A program made the position numbers and the translations under genes. This document shows, piece after piece, positions 19,939-29,026 of a DNA stretch of 64,000 bases. How positions within the stretch are numbered: the stretch's first letter is position 1; each line of letters opens with the position of its first letter. Source of the stretch: a virus; the IMG/VR virus record IMGVR_UViG_3300043395_000996, positions 96,001 to 160,000 of that record, one strand, 5' to 3'. A model generated the notes under the pieces. It searched no databases, was not told where the DNA came from, and saw only the letters and a list, made by a program, of their open reading frames with translations.

Positions 19939-20260
19939 ATTTTTCTATATCTCCAACCATTTCAATATAATCGAATTCATCCAATTCGAATTCAAAATGT
20001 GATTTTATAAATTTAACAATCAATCCGTTAGAACCCATTTCTATAATATAATCTTTTGCACTTATTGATTGAGTGTTTATTAATATTTTAACTCTATCTT
20101 GTATTTCTCTATATTCAATTTCTCTCAAAATATCATTGAATTTCCATCCTTTAGCTTCCCAAATTGAATGATTGGAATCATTTAAATTTTTGGAAACTAA
20201 TTGTACTTTTTTTGGACTTCTACTTATTTTTTGAGTGATATCTAATAAGGTTCTTTTCAT
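19931..20260 (-). CDS. Hypothetical protein
   Basis: 109-aa ORF overlapping both neighbours; C-terminus resembles that of 20260..21363. Confidence 0.5.
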   Translation of the reverse strand: MKRTLLDITQKISRSPKKVQLVSKNLNDSNHSIWEAKGWKFNDILREIEYREIQDRVKILINTQSISAKDYIIEMGSNGLIVKFIKSHFEFELDEFDYIEMVGDIEKYA

Positions 20261-21363
20261 TATAAATCTATAAATTTACCAGTTATCGAAATTTCATCAG
20301 TTGGAGTTACATTAAATCCTAAATTAGCGGTAATAAAATTTATACCCAAAGAATTTGATGCCATTGTTACATTAAAATGCGTTGTATGATAATAACGTAC
20401 ACCATTTATGTAAACTCTAATATCATATGTTGTATCGGAAAGTACAATTCCACCCGTTACAATTGACATTAATGATGTTGGTGTTTTTATAGGTTTAATA
20501 TTTGAAAATGTTATTGTGTTATTAATTGTAGGATTTTGTATCTTACTATTATTCAAAGATAAGAAATCTATCAAATCTTTATTATCGTAATATGGAGAAG
20601 TTGTTGTTAAAAATCCTTCCAATCTACCATTTGCTGTCATATCGGTTTCGGTGGTAACTACAACTTTTCTAGTGCTTATAGATTTTTTTGTAGTAGATTC
20701 TCCATCGAATTTTTCTGGCAATAAATAAGCATTTACATTTAATGAAAATTCCACTCTATTAATTCTATTAGTTCCTTCTCCTACTTCGTTTACTACATTG
20801 TAATCCGTTACTAAAGTTCTAAACTTAAATTTATCTTTTGAACCCCAATATTGCGATGTGAAATTTAATGCTTCAATTACTGCATTTAATTGTTCTGTAT
20901 AATCTGTCCAAACCATACATTCATATGATATTTGAACATATTCCGGCATCATAATATTATATAATTCCAATTTTGGTTTTGTAGCTCCACCAAATGCTGT
21001 AAATCTATCATATCTATTATCTTTTGAATACTTTGTTACTGTTGGATACGAAACATGTCTATTCAACATAGGCATAGTATCATCCTTTGCAATAGATGTT
21101 CTACGAATCATCATTAAAGGTAATTGAATTTTACCTTTTGCATCTCTAAAAACGCCATCTCTTCTGGCTCCTTTCCATCTTTCGGAATTACCATATATAA
21201 CCGGAATACTAACGGATTTACCATTATAATCTAATTTTGGTAAAACAGTTTCTTCCAAATATGTCATCATAGCATAATCTACATCAAAAAGAGATACACT
21301 CTTTTTAACATCCCCATCATTTGACTTTATTTGGGTGGCTCTATTTATTTTATTTGATGCCAT
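20260..21363 (-). CDS. Tail completion/sheath stabilizer (T4 gp15-like) with C-terminal extension
   Basis: IPVIYGNSERW...LPLMMIRRTSI motif and position after the neck genes. Confidence 0.6.
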   Translation of the reverse strand: MASNKINRATQIKSNDGDVKKSVSLFDVDYAMMTYLEETVLPKLDYNGKSVSIPVIYGNSERWKGARRDGVFRDAKGKIQLPLMMIRRTSIAKDDTMPMLNRHVSYPTVTKYSKDNRYDRFTAFGGATKPKLELYNIMMPEYVQISYECMVWTDYTEQLNAVIEALNFTSQYWGSKDKFKFRTLVTDYNVVNEVGEGTNRINRVEFSLNVNAYLLPEKFDGESTTKKSISTRKVVVTTETDMTANGRLEGFLTTTSPYYDNKDLIDFLSLNNSKIQNPTINNTITFSNIKPIKTPTSLMSIVTGGIVLSDTTYDIRVYINGVRYYHTTHFNVTMASNSLGINFITANLGFNVTPTDEISITGKFIDL

Positions 21364-21365
21364 AA

Positions 21366-21833
21366 TTAATCTATTCTTTCTTCAATATTTAATTGTGATT
21401 TTGGGACCATAAATGTAGAACATACGATACTCCAAGTTTTTTCAGAATTAGCGCCCGGCATACCACCTACAAATTGAACTTCATTTGTATTATCAATTTC
21501 ATAGTATGATTCATCAAAGTGTATTACATCACCAATTTCGGGATAAATACCTCTTTCTCTACACAATTCTCTATCAAATTTAAATTCTATGTTTTGATTA
21601 GTATCTGCACCAAATCCTTCGTAGTTTACACTTTCAGGCTCTTTATCAATTAATACATACAATTCAACACCGGGATACCAAGTTTTATTTAAAGATTCTC
21701 CATATATGTTTACTTTTGTTTCATTTACATTTATTTTAAACAAAACGCAAGTATTTTGGATGACTGTATCAACCAATTCTCTGGCAAAACTTCTAAATAA
21801 ATCTATATCTCTACCTACTAAAAACTTTGGCAT
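21366..21833 (-). CDS. Neck/head-completion protein (T4 gp14-like)
   Basis: NIYGES and PEIGDVIHF...YYEI motifs; lies between gp13-like and gp15-like genes. Confidence 0.6.
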   Translation of the reverse strand: MPKFLVGRDIDLFRSFARELVDTVIQNTCVLFKINVNETKVNIYGESLNKTWYPGVELYVLIDKEPESVNYEGFGADTNQNIEFKFDRELCRERGIYPEIGDVIHFDESYYEIDNTNEVQFVGGMPGANSEKTWSIVCSTFMVPKSQLNIEERID

Positions 21834-21834
21834 A

Positions 21835-23025
21835 TTATCCTACATATATTTTTAAAGGAACTTTTCTTAACATTTCTTGGTGGTGAGTTGATTCGTGTGC
21901 TTGCTTTTCAAACACATTTTTTCTACTCATTTCTTCCAAATTTTCTCTCAATTGAGTTACCAACGCATCTTTTTCAACCTGTGCTTCTGCTCTCAATGCT
22001 GCACCATCCAATGATACTTCGCCATCTGGAATTGGAACTGAATTATATTTTTCTCTAATTGCTCCCAATAATTCTTTTGAAAGAGCCAATGTATATTTTC
22101 TAATCCATTGTTTTCCAACTTCATTTATGTTAGAATATTGGATAAAATTATATGGAATATCGGAATAGTCTGAAAGAGAATCAGGTTGAATAGTTTGAGA
22201 ATCATGCTCAAACTCATCTCTACTCATATATTCAAAATATATTTTTTGAGCAGTTCTAGCGGTTGGTATTGGGAATATTTCTAATTTGTTATTTACAATA
22301 CCAAAACTATATTGAGATTTACGGATGTTATCATTGAATTCAATTTCTTGCATTCTTAATACATCTTCGTAAATTGGCATTAATAAAAATTGTGCAGCCG
22401 GAGAATATGAACCAAATCCCATTTCATCTAGTAAATTCAATGTACCCTGTCCACCAACGGAATACGGGTCAAAGAAACGTTGAATTGCAGGAGTTGCTTC
22501 ATAAAATACCTTTGTTACATCAATTCGAGAACCGCTTGTAAATATATCTGTAAATGATGCAGATGTTTCTACATCAATTGCTTCAGTTAATAAATCATAT
22601 CTTTGTCTACCTATTTCAACATCTATGTATGCTTTCTTTATATCAACATTACCACCAACACCCGCTTGTGTTCCATATTGTTGAGCCATACGAATAGCCG
22701 TAGGTAAGAACGAACCATCTACCAATGTTTGTGAAAAGTTTTGATTTGCACCTTTACGTTGGCCTCTTAAAACATCAACGTTGTTACGAAGATTGAATTG
22801 ATTTACCTGTGCAGAATATTCAGATGTTGCTTCTTCGAAACAAGCCCAAATTTGTTCATTATCCAATTCTACGTTTACAATAGGGTATCCCAATCTTTTT
22901 GCTACCCAAACTGATGTTTTTGGTGCATCGGCTGTAAATTGAGAATCCGCATCATAAATACCAAATGGCGTAGATGAACCCGAAACGAAAGTACCTGAAC
23001 CTGACCAATATGTGTTTACGGACAT
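21835..23025 (-). CDS. Neck protein (T4 gp13-like)
   Basis: KRLGYPIVNVELDNEQI and WIRKYTLAL..LG.IREKY motifs; first gene after the capsid gene. Confidence 0.7.
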   Translation of the reverse strand: MSVNTYWSGSGTFVSGSSTPFGIYDADSQFTADAPKTSVWVAKRLGYPIVNVELDNEQIWACFEEATSEYSAQVNQFNLRNNVDVLRGQRKGANQNFSQTLVDGSFLPTAIRMAQQYGTQAGVGGNVDIKKAYIDVEIGRQRYDLLTEAIDVETSASFTDIFTSGSRIDVTKVFYEATPAIQRFFDPYSVGGQGTLNLLDEMGFGSYSPAAQFLLMPIYEDVLRMQEIEFNDNIRKSQYSFGIVNNKLEIFPIPTARTAQKIYFEYMSRDEFEHDSQTIQPDSLSDYSDIPYNFIQYSNINEVGKQWIRKYTLALSKELLGAIREKYNSVPIPDGEVSLDGAALRAEAQVEKDALVTQLRENLEEMSRKNVFEKQAHESTHHQEMLRKVPLKIYVG

Positions 23026-23051
23026 AATACGATTTTTATAAGTTTATTTAC

Positions 23052-23060
23052 TATAAATAT
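23052..23060 (-). promoter_or_regulatory. Putative late promoter box ATATTTATA upstream of neck gene
   Basis: Exact 9-mer immediately after the capsid terminator, 26 nt from the start. Confidence 0.6.
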
Positions 23061-23066
23061 AAAAAT

Positions 23067-23099
23067 AAAAAAAGAGTGGATATTTCTACCCACTCTTTT
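23067..23099 (-). terminator. Rho-independent terminator after major capsid gene (GAAA loop)
   Basis: Minus strand AGAGTGGGTA-GAAA-TATCCACTCT followed by a T run. Confidence 0.9.
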
Positions 23100-23138
23100 A
23101 TTTTATAAAGTTTATTAACCTTATCTTTTACTCAAAGA

Positions 23139-24752
23139 TTAAAGAGTTTCTAAACCATCAACGATAATCTTACCGTAGAACTCTGGTCTTACGATTTTCT
23201 TAGCGTATCTAGTCATCACACCTCTTCTTGGAGTGAAGTTGATTGGGTCATAAACTAAAGGAGTCATAATCAACGGAACATATGGAGCGTAAACAGCACC
23301 TGTTTCGAAGAAGTTAGAACCTTTGAAACCTAATAAGATTACGTTTTCAGTCATATAAGGATTCTTATAAACATCGTATCTATTAGAGATTGAACCGATG
23401 TTAGTTACACCTGCTGCGAATTGCATTGCATCCTTACCAGGATTTGCAGAGAAACCATTCATTGATTCTAAAATAGTTGCTACGTTTGGAGATACAACGA
23501 TGAAGTTTGCACCACCTCTCATAGTTAATTGGTGAATCTTGTTAGATATCTTTTGTAATTTGATACCTAAAGTTTGATACCAAGTGTTCTTTGTGTAAGC
23601 ACCTGCTGCTACTGCAGTTGAATCAGCTGCGAAACCAGCACCTGTCCAATCGTATCCAACTCTTGCAGACCAGTATTCAGTAGAGAATGCGTTTTGCTGT
23701 AACATCTCTAAAATTTCTAAATCAATCTCTAAAGAGATGTATTCAGATAACATTTGAGTTAATTCAGCTTCTGCATCTACAGAGTGGTATGCGTTTAAGT
23801 CTTGCGCTAATTCAGGAGTCCAAATTGCTTTCAACTTACGAGTCTTAGCCACGATAGGCTCAGATTTCAATTCTAATTCAACTTCTGGGATAGGTAAGTC
23901 AGCACCTCTATCTTCGAAATCACCACGAGAAATATCAGTTGGTTGTTTGTGGTATGCTAAAGTAGCACCTACAGTACCAAAAATTGTGTTAGCTGCTGCT
24001 ACTTTCGCAACGAAAGTTACGTTTGTACCTTCAACAGATGTAAATTCAGGATATAAAGTGAAACCTGAACCAGATTGTGCTAAATCAAATGCTCTAGCAC
24101 CATTGAAATCAGCATCATCAGGTAATGCTACAGTCAAAGTCTTAACTTTGTCAGCTGCAAATGCTGCAGAGAACGCTGAATCAACCAAGTTGTAGTTAAT
24201 ATCTGATAAAGATGCAGATGCAACAGTTGCGTTTTTAGCTACTGCTGAATCGTTGATTGTGTATCCGAAACGTCCTGCTCCGTATAATCCACCTTCAGCT
24301 GCTTGAGTAGAACCCAATTTGTTACCAGCTGGAGATAAAGAATCTTTACCGAAAGTACCGCCGTTACCGAACATTGATGAATTTTGAGCTGGTCTACCTG
24401 TATCAGTGTCAGTACCATACTTGAAATCCATATAGAAAATAAGACCTGAAGGTAAGTTCATTGGTTGAACTGAAACGAATTCTTTCGCTGCAATTGAACC
24501 GAAGATTCTTCTTACCAATGGTAAAGCTACACCAGCCCACTCTTCAGAACCTGCTGAAGTACCTGTTCTTGTAGCCTCATCTAATAATTGCTTAGCTTGG
24601 TTTTCTAACATTACTGCCATACCATGCTTGTTTGTTTCAGACTTAACGCCTTCTAACAAACCTGTTTTTTCCCACTTTGCTTTCAAACCTCTAGTTTGCT
24701 CAAGCATTAATGACTGTGGGTTTTTTCCTGTCATAATTGATTTTAAATTCAT
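23139..24752 (-). CDS. gp23: Major capsid protein (T4 gp23-like)
   Basis: VQPMNLPSGLIF, KTRKLKAIWTPELAQDL, EIDLEIL and YAPYVPL motifs. Confidence 0.97.
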   Translation of the reverse strand: MNLKSIMTGKNPQSLMLEQTRGLKAKWEKTGLLEGVKSETNKHGMAVMLENQAKQLLDEATRTGTSAGSEEWAGVALPLVRRIFGSIAAKEFVSVQPMNLPSGLIFYMDFKYGTDTDTGRPAQNSSMFGNGGTFGKDSLSPAGNKLGSTQAAEGGLYGAGRFGYTINDSAVAKNATVASASLSDINYNLVDSAFSAAFAADKVKTLTVALPDDADFNGARAFDLAQSGSGFTLYPEFTSVEGTNVTFVAKVAAANTIFGTVGATLAYHKQPTDISRGDFEDRGADLPIPEVELELKSEPIVAKTRKLKAIWTPELAQDLNAYHSVDAEAELTQMLSEYISLEIDLEILEMLQQNAFSTEYWSARVGYDWTGAGFAADSTAVAAGAYTKNTWYQTLGIKLQKISNKIHQLTMRGGANFIVVSPNVATILESMNGFSANPGKDAMQFAAGVTNIGSISNRYDVYKNPYMTENVILLGFKGSNFFETGAVYAPYVPLIMTPLVYDPINFTPRRGVMTRYAKKIVRPEFYGKIIVDGLETL

Positions 24753-24783
24753 TTTTATTTTTTTTTAAATTTTTTTACAAAAA

Positions 24784-26022
24784 TTACTTAATGATACCTG
24801 CTAATTTTCTAAATCTTTCAGAGAAATCTGCTGATTCTGCAATTACTTGCTTAGCTGCTTTTGGTGCAGTTGATTTAACTGCTTTAGAAGCGATTCCTTC
24901 AGAGATAGCTTTTTTAGCTGGTTTGTTATTTGAAGTATATTTGAAGTTCTCTGCTAATGTAGAGAATACCAATTTAACCTCTCTAACTGATTTAGTTCTA
25001 TCCAAAGTTTCAATCACTTTAACTTTTTGTTCGTTAGTCATGTTGTGTGCTCTGAATAATTTGTTTGCGAATAACAACTTAGCGTTCAATAAGTTCACTT
25101 CGTTGATAGTCTTTTGTAATGATTTGATAGTTTTGTAAGCTTCTTCTAATTCAGCTTCTTTTTCTGATTCTTCAGCTTCGTCTACTTTCTCACCATCTTT
25201 CATATCAGCTTCCATTTCTCTTAAAATTTCTTCCAAGTCAACTTCATCTGATTCTTCTTCTTCGTTAGTTACAACAACTTTAGGTGTTTCACCTTTATCA
25301 GTTCCAGCTTCAGAACCATCTGCTAAGTCTTCAGCGATTGCTGGTTGCTCTTCTGCAGGCATTTCTTCTTCTGAACCTTCTTCATCACCTAATTGTGCTT
25401 CTAACTCTCTGATGATAGCTTCTAAATCCATGTCATCTTCAGTTGATTCTTCTTCATCACCTGTTGGCATGTAATCTTCGCCTTCACCTTCTGATGCGAA
25501 TGGGTCAGCTTCTGCTCCCATATCATCACCACCTTCTGCTGCATCTGCTGCGAAAGGATTTTCTTCTTCTGAACCTTCACCTTCTAATTCTGCCAATCTC
25601 GCTCTTAATTCTGCGATTTCTGCATCTTTAGAATCTGCTTCAGGTTCTGCTTCCATACCGAACTCATCTTCTTCGTTGATATCTGCTACTTTAGTGTAGT
25701 CAGTACCAGCTTGTTCTGGCTTACCACTATCTTTAGTTACACCTACTGATAAATCAGTATCCGCATCTAATGTTGGTGTTGCACCAGGAGTTTCGGCATA
25801 TCCAGCTTCTACTTTAGAACCGATTCCTGTTGAATCCAATTCTTCATCAACTTGCTCCTCATCACCTTCCATTTCAGCTTCAGCTCTCAACTTTTGAGTC
25901 AACATAGACTGAAGTCTTGGTGTAAAGGCTTCTTCAAGAGCAAGCTTTGCGTTAGCCAATGCAGTTTCTTTAACCGCTTTAGCATCTGCGATTGCTTCTT
26001 TTAACAATTTTGAATTTGCCAT
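24784..26022 (-). CDS. Prohead core/scaffolding protein
   Basis: Very acidic 412-aa protein directly upstream of the capsid gene; LLKEAIADAK start and EVNLLNAKLLF C-terminal block. Confidence 0.75.
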   Translation of the reverse strand: MANSKLLKEAIADAKAVKETALANAKLALEEAFTPRLQSMLTQKLRAEAEMEGDEEQVDEELDSTGIGSKVEAGYAETPGATPTLDADTDLSVGVTKDSGKPEQAGTDYTKVADINEEDEFGMEAEPEADSKDAEIAELRARLAELEGEGSEEENPFAADAAEGGDDMGAEADPFASEGEGEDYMPTGDEEESTEDDMDLEAIIRELEAQLGDEEGSEEEMPAEEQPAIAEDLADGSEAGTDKGETPKVVVTNEEEESDEVDLEEILREMEADMKDGEKVDEAEESEKEAELEEAYKTIKSLQKTINEVNLLNAKLLFANKLFRAHNMTNEQKVKVIETLDRTKSVREVKLVFSTLAENFKYTSNNKPAKKAISEGIASKAVKSTAPKAAKQVIAESADFSERFRKLAGIIK

Positions 26023-26044
26023 TTTTTTTTGATTTTTGTTCCTG

Positions 26045-26131
26045 TGAAGTTATTGTAATTGTGGAACTTCAATGATATTATATTGGTTGTTCGGTCACAC
26101 CTTATAGAGAAGGGTATTCATTAACCAACTA
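26045..26131 (-). ncRNA. Candidate structured cis-regulatory leader of the scaffold/capsid operon
   Basis: Nested stems 26083-26088/26123-26128 and 26097-26103/26110-26117, plus hairpin 26045-26051/26065-26071, in a 185-nt intergenic gap. Confidence 0.4.
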
Positions 26132-26141
26132 TGTTTTAATC

Positions 26142-26166
26142 AAAAAATCCCAAATTAGTTGGGATA
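26142..26166 (-). terminator. Terminator-like hairpin downstream of bS21
   Basis: ATCCCAA-N5-TTGGGAT followed by a T run on the minus strand. Confidence 0.65.
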
Positions 26167-26207
26167 TTTGAAAATAAATATATAAATTTTTTAGAAAACT
26201 AAAGAAA

Positions 26208-26405
26208 TTAATTGTTTTTATCAAAAATTTTCTTAAATTTCTCTACTCTAGCTACTTTTAGCTTTTGTTTTCGTTTGGTAACTGATGGTTTTTCGAATTC
26301 TTTTCTATCTCTTAATGATTCGATTTGCTTAACACTTTTTACTTTACTTTTGTAAACTTTAAGTGCTCTATCTACATTTCCATCTTTTACATCAATGATT
26401 AACAT
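26208..26405 (-). CDS. rpsU: Phage-encoded ribosomal protein bS21 (Bacteroidota-type)
   Basis: MLIIDVKDGNVDRALKVYK...LRDRKEFEKPSVTKR matches the bS21 signature. Confidence 0.92.
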   Translation of the reverse strand: MLIIDVKDGNVDRALKVYKSKVKSVKQIESLRDRKEFEKPSVTKRKQKLKVARVEKFKKIFDKNN

Positions 26406-26411
26406 AACGTA

Positions 26412-26783
26412 TTATTGGTGGTTTACTAATTTATATTTTGTAGAATATAATAATTCTTCAATATTATCAATTTGATTTTGTAAATAAGATGCTTGTAATT
26501 TTTCATCTTTTCTTAACTTATCTAATGCTACACATAATTTTTCAAAATAAGAAATTATGTTTTTAATATCGTTATTTGTATCCAATCCACTTACAGGTTG
26601 TAATTTAATCAAACCATATTTACCCTGATAAGATTCTACTAAACCATCTATGATACCACCAATTGAATCATAGTATTCACCTAATGCTTCATGTGCTGAA
26701 TGCGCTCCAATTCCTTTAACTCCTAAATGAAAAGCGTGCGCTTGAGTTCTACTATGTAAAAATAATGATGCTAATTGTTCCAT
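26412..26783 (-). CDS. Ferritin/Dps-like four-helix protein (DUF5856-like)
   Basis: HSRTQAHAFH...HEALGEYYD...LVESYQG pattern. Start moved to MEQL (track gives 26807). Confidence 0.6.
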   Translation of the reverse strand: MEQLASLFLHSRTQAHAFHLGVKGIGAHSAHEALGEYYDSIGGIIDGLVESYQGKYGLIKLQPVSGLDTNNDIKNIISYFEKLCVALDKLRKDEKLQASYLQNQIDNIEELLYSTKYKLVNHQ

Positions 26784-26788
26784 TTTAA

Positions 26789-27226
26789 TTATTTTAATTT
26801 TTCGCAAGTTTTACATTCTTGTAATCCTAATCTTTGTTTCATTACATCTTCAGTTACTTCAGCTATTTCAAAGTATCTATTTAATACATGCCCCATATCT
26901 TCATAAAGAGCTTCTAATCTTTGTTCTTGTGCTTTAGCTTCTAAAGATTCTTTTTGGAATTTTTCATGCAATGCTTTCAATTCTTTCATATTACGTTTAA
27001 TAGTTACTCTATCAAACCAATCACCACCTTCTCTTAAAGTATATTCTTGTGCAGCATCTGCAATACCACCCAATGTTTCGGCAATATTTCTGATATCGGA
27101 TTTTCTATTCATTTGCTCTCTAAATTGACCAAATGTAGAAATTATTTCCAAAAAATGTTTCTTAATATCAGTAGGTAATTGCTGATATGCTTCCTCTTCT
27201 TTAAGTAAATCTTTTAAACGTATCAT
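26789..27226 (-). CDS. Hypothetical head-associated protein
   Basis: MIRLKDLLKE N-terminus; helical; between the protease and bS21 genes. Confidence 0.55.
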   Translation of the reverse strand: MIRLKDLLKEEEAYQQLPTDIKKHFLEIISTFGQFREQMNRKSDIRNIAETLGGIADAAQEYTLREGGDWFDRVTIKRNMKELKALHEKFQKESLEAKAQEQRLEALYEDMGHVLNRYFEIAEVTEDVMKQRLGLQECKTCEKLK

Positions 27227-27232
27227 ATTATA

Positions 27233-27496
27233 TTATTTATGAGCGATTTTATATTTTTTCAATCTTTGAACCGCTTGTTGTAAATCTTGCGGAGTCATAC
27301 CCAATGCATCTACTAATTTAGCCATTACCAATTGTTCTTTTCTTTTTGGTAAATTATATCCCTTAATTACTTCCAATGCTCTATCCAAAAATTTTTCAAC
27401 TTTTGCAGGAATTGTTACATCCATATCCTCCAAATCTTCGTTGATTTTAGCTACTGGCTCATAAGTGTTTACTGGCATTAAGTTTACTAATTTCAT
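27233..27496 (-). CDS. Small hypothetical head-associated protein
   Basis: 87 aa; MKLVNL...KINEDL. Confidence 0.55.
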   Translation of the reverse strand: MKLVNLMPVNTYEPVAKINEDLEDMDVTIPAKVEKFLDRALEVIKGYNLPKRKEQLVMAKLVDALGMTPQDLQQAVQRLKKYKIAHK

Positions 27497-27503
27497 ATTT
27501 TTA

Positions 27504-28094
27504 TTAGTTTAATTCAATTATAATTTCTCTCATCAAGTCTTGTGCTTTGCAGAATTTTCCACATTCTTCTGCAACTTTAGCCCATTGTTTTGATTCGTTC
27601 ATTGGTGCCATAAATGCTCCATGTGTAGATGGATTGGAAACAAAATCCCATCCAACTAATTCAAAATCTTCCTGAACCATTACAGTACCATCGGAAAGTT
27701 CTTTTACTGAACCCAATCCTCTCGATGAAATCCCTAAACGAATGTTGTTTTTTAATAATTCTTTTAAGATGTTACCAGATGGAGTTGAAAGAATTTCCAC
27801 TACACCAACTACGTCATCCCCATCCCATCCAATTTCTCTGATGTTATGTGATACGTTTTTTAAGTTGATTACGGGAGAATCTGGATGGTCTAATTCACCC
27901 AATGCTCTTCTTTCTTTAATAAGTTGCTCATACTTCTTACACTCTCTTTCCAAAATTTCTTTTGGATATCTTCTGTGGTTTTGATTTGGAGCACCAGCTC
28001 TTTGAAGAATACCCTTAACTAAATAAGTTCCGTTTTCTTCTTGCTGAAGTTTTGCTTCAAACAAATGAGTTTCTATTAATAATCCCTTATTCAT
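27504..28094 (-). CDS. gp21: Prohead core protease (T4 gp21-like)
   Basis: NQNHRRYPKEIL, ALGELDHP, GISSRGLGS and DFVSNPST motifs. Confidence 0.95.
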   Translation of the reverse strand: MNKGLLIETHLFEAKLQQEENGTYLVKGILQRAGAPNQNHRRYPKEILERECKKYEQLIKERRALGELDHPDSPVINLKNVSHNIREIGWDGDDVVGVVEILSTPSGNILKELLKNNIRLGISSRGLGSVKELSDGTVMVQEDFELVGWDFVSNPSTHGAFMAPMNESKQWAKVAEECGKFCKAQDLMREIIIELN

Positions 28095-28508
28095 CTATTT
28101 CAAATCTTTTTTTACTTTTTCTATCACTTTACCACTATGCTGTGACCAAGTTTTTAAGAAAATGGTTTTTAATTCATTTTCTAATTCCGTTTCAGTTACC
28201 TCACCATTTGTACTATCAGAACCTTTGGTTATTTGAGTTTGTACATATGGTAATTTAACCATTTTAGATGCTATTGAATCATCGATACCTTTTTTGTTAT
28301 CTAATAATTTAACAACATCATCTATAAATTTTTTATTAGATTCCAATGAACCCAATATTTTTTCTAAAACTTTCTTTGTTTCTTTTTTATTACCCATTAA
28401 ATAGTTTATTCCGTTTCCAGCCAATTCTATTAAGTAATAAAAAATAACTTTAGCAATTAAAATAGTACCAACAGTTGCTACTATATCAAATGCTAAATCC
28501 TCATTTAT
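28095..28508 (-). CDS. Hypothetical protein with a TM-like segment, possibly the -1 frameshift extension of 28505..29026
   Basis: The frame is open from 28526 (INEDLAFDIVATVGTILIAKVIFYYLIE...) with no ATG until 28397. The track start at 28424 is a TTG that would drop the hydrophobic helix. Confidence 0.5.
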   Translation of the reverse strand: MNEDLAFDIVATVGTILIAKVIFYYLIELAGNGINYLMGNKKETKKVLEKILGSLESNKKFIDDVVKLLDNKKGIDDSIASKMVKLPYVQTQITKGSDSTNGEVTETELENELKTIFLKTWSQHSGKVIEKVKKDLK

Positions 28509-29026
28509 TTTTTTTTTTGAGATATTCTATTGAATACCTCTTTTAATCTCAATTTATCCGATATATCACTTATTTCGTTATAATCGGTTTCTTTAATTCC
28601 TCTTTCAATTTCTCTTCTACTGGCATTTGGGTCTGCACATACAGCTACTCCAATTTTTTTTCTACCATAATCACCGGCCATATCATACATAGCCATAATT
28701 GCTTTGAAATGCCAATCGTTTGTTCCTACTTCGTTTGTAGCTCTTAATGCTTTTAAATCAGAACCCTCAATCTCTCCATCCTTATCTACATCTAATTTCT
28801 TTTGCCCTGCTGTTAATTCAGCTTCATTGTATCCTCTTAATTTACCTTCGGATTTTGCTTTGTAAGCAGTATCTACCGCATTAAAGAATTTTTTCTTATC
28901 ATCATCTGACATAGAAGTTATAGATTTACCACTTTTATCCAACATATGTTTAAATAATTGCTGATAATCTTGTTCTTCCCTAACAGTTTGCTTTACAAAC
29001 TCTTTTAAATTTTTGGATACTTTCAT
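28505..29026 (-). CDS. Hypothetical head-associated protein with an EF-hand-like loop
   Basis: DVDKDGEIEGSD loop; ends on an A11 run. Confidence 0.55.
   Translation of the reverse strand: MKVSKNLKEFVKQTVREEQDYQQLFKHMLDKSGKSITSMSDDDKKKFFNAVDTAYKAKSEGKLRGYNEAELTAGQKKLDVDKDGEIEGSDLKALRATNEVGTNDWHFKAIMAMYDMAGDYGRKKIGVAVCADPNASRREIERGIKETDYNEISDISDKLRLKEVFNRISQKKK

Noticed and set aside
26023-26207. tRNA or tmRNA gene
   Set aside because: No cloverleaf, T-loop GTTCRA or CCA end was found here or in other gaps.
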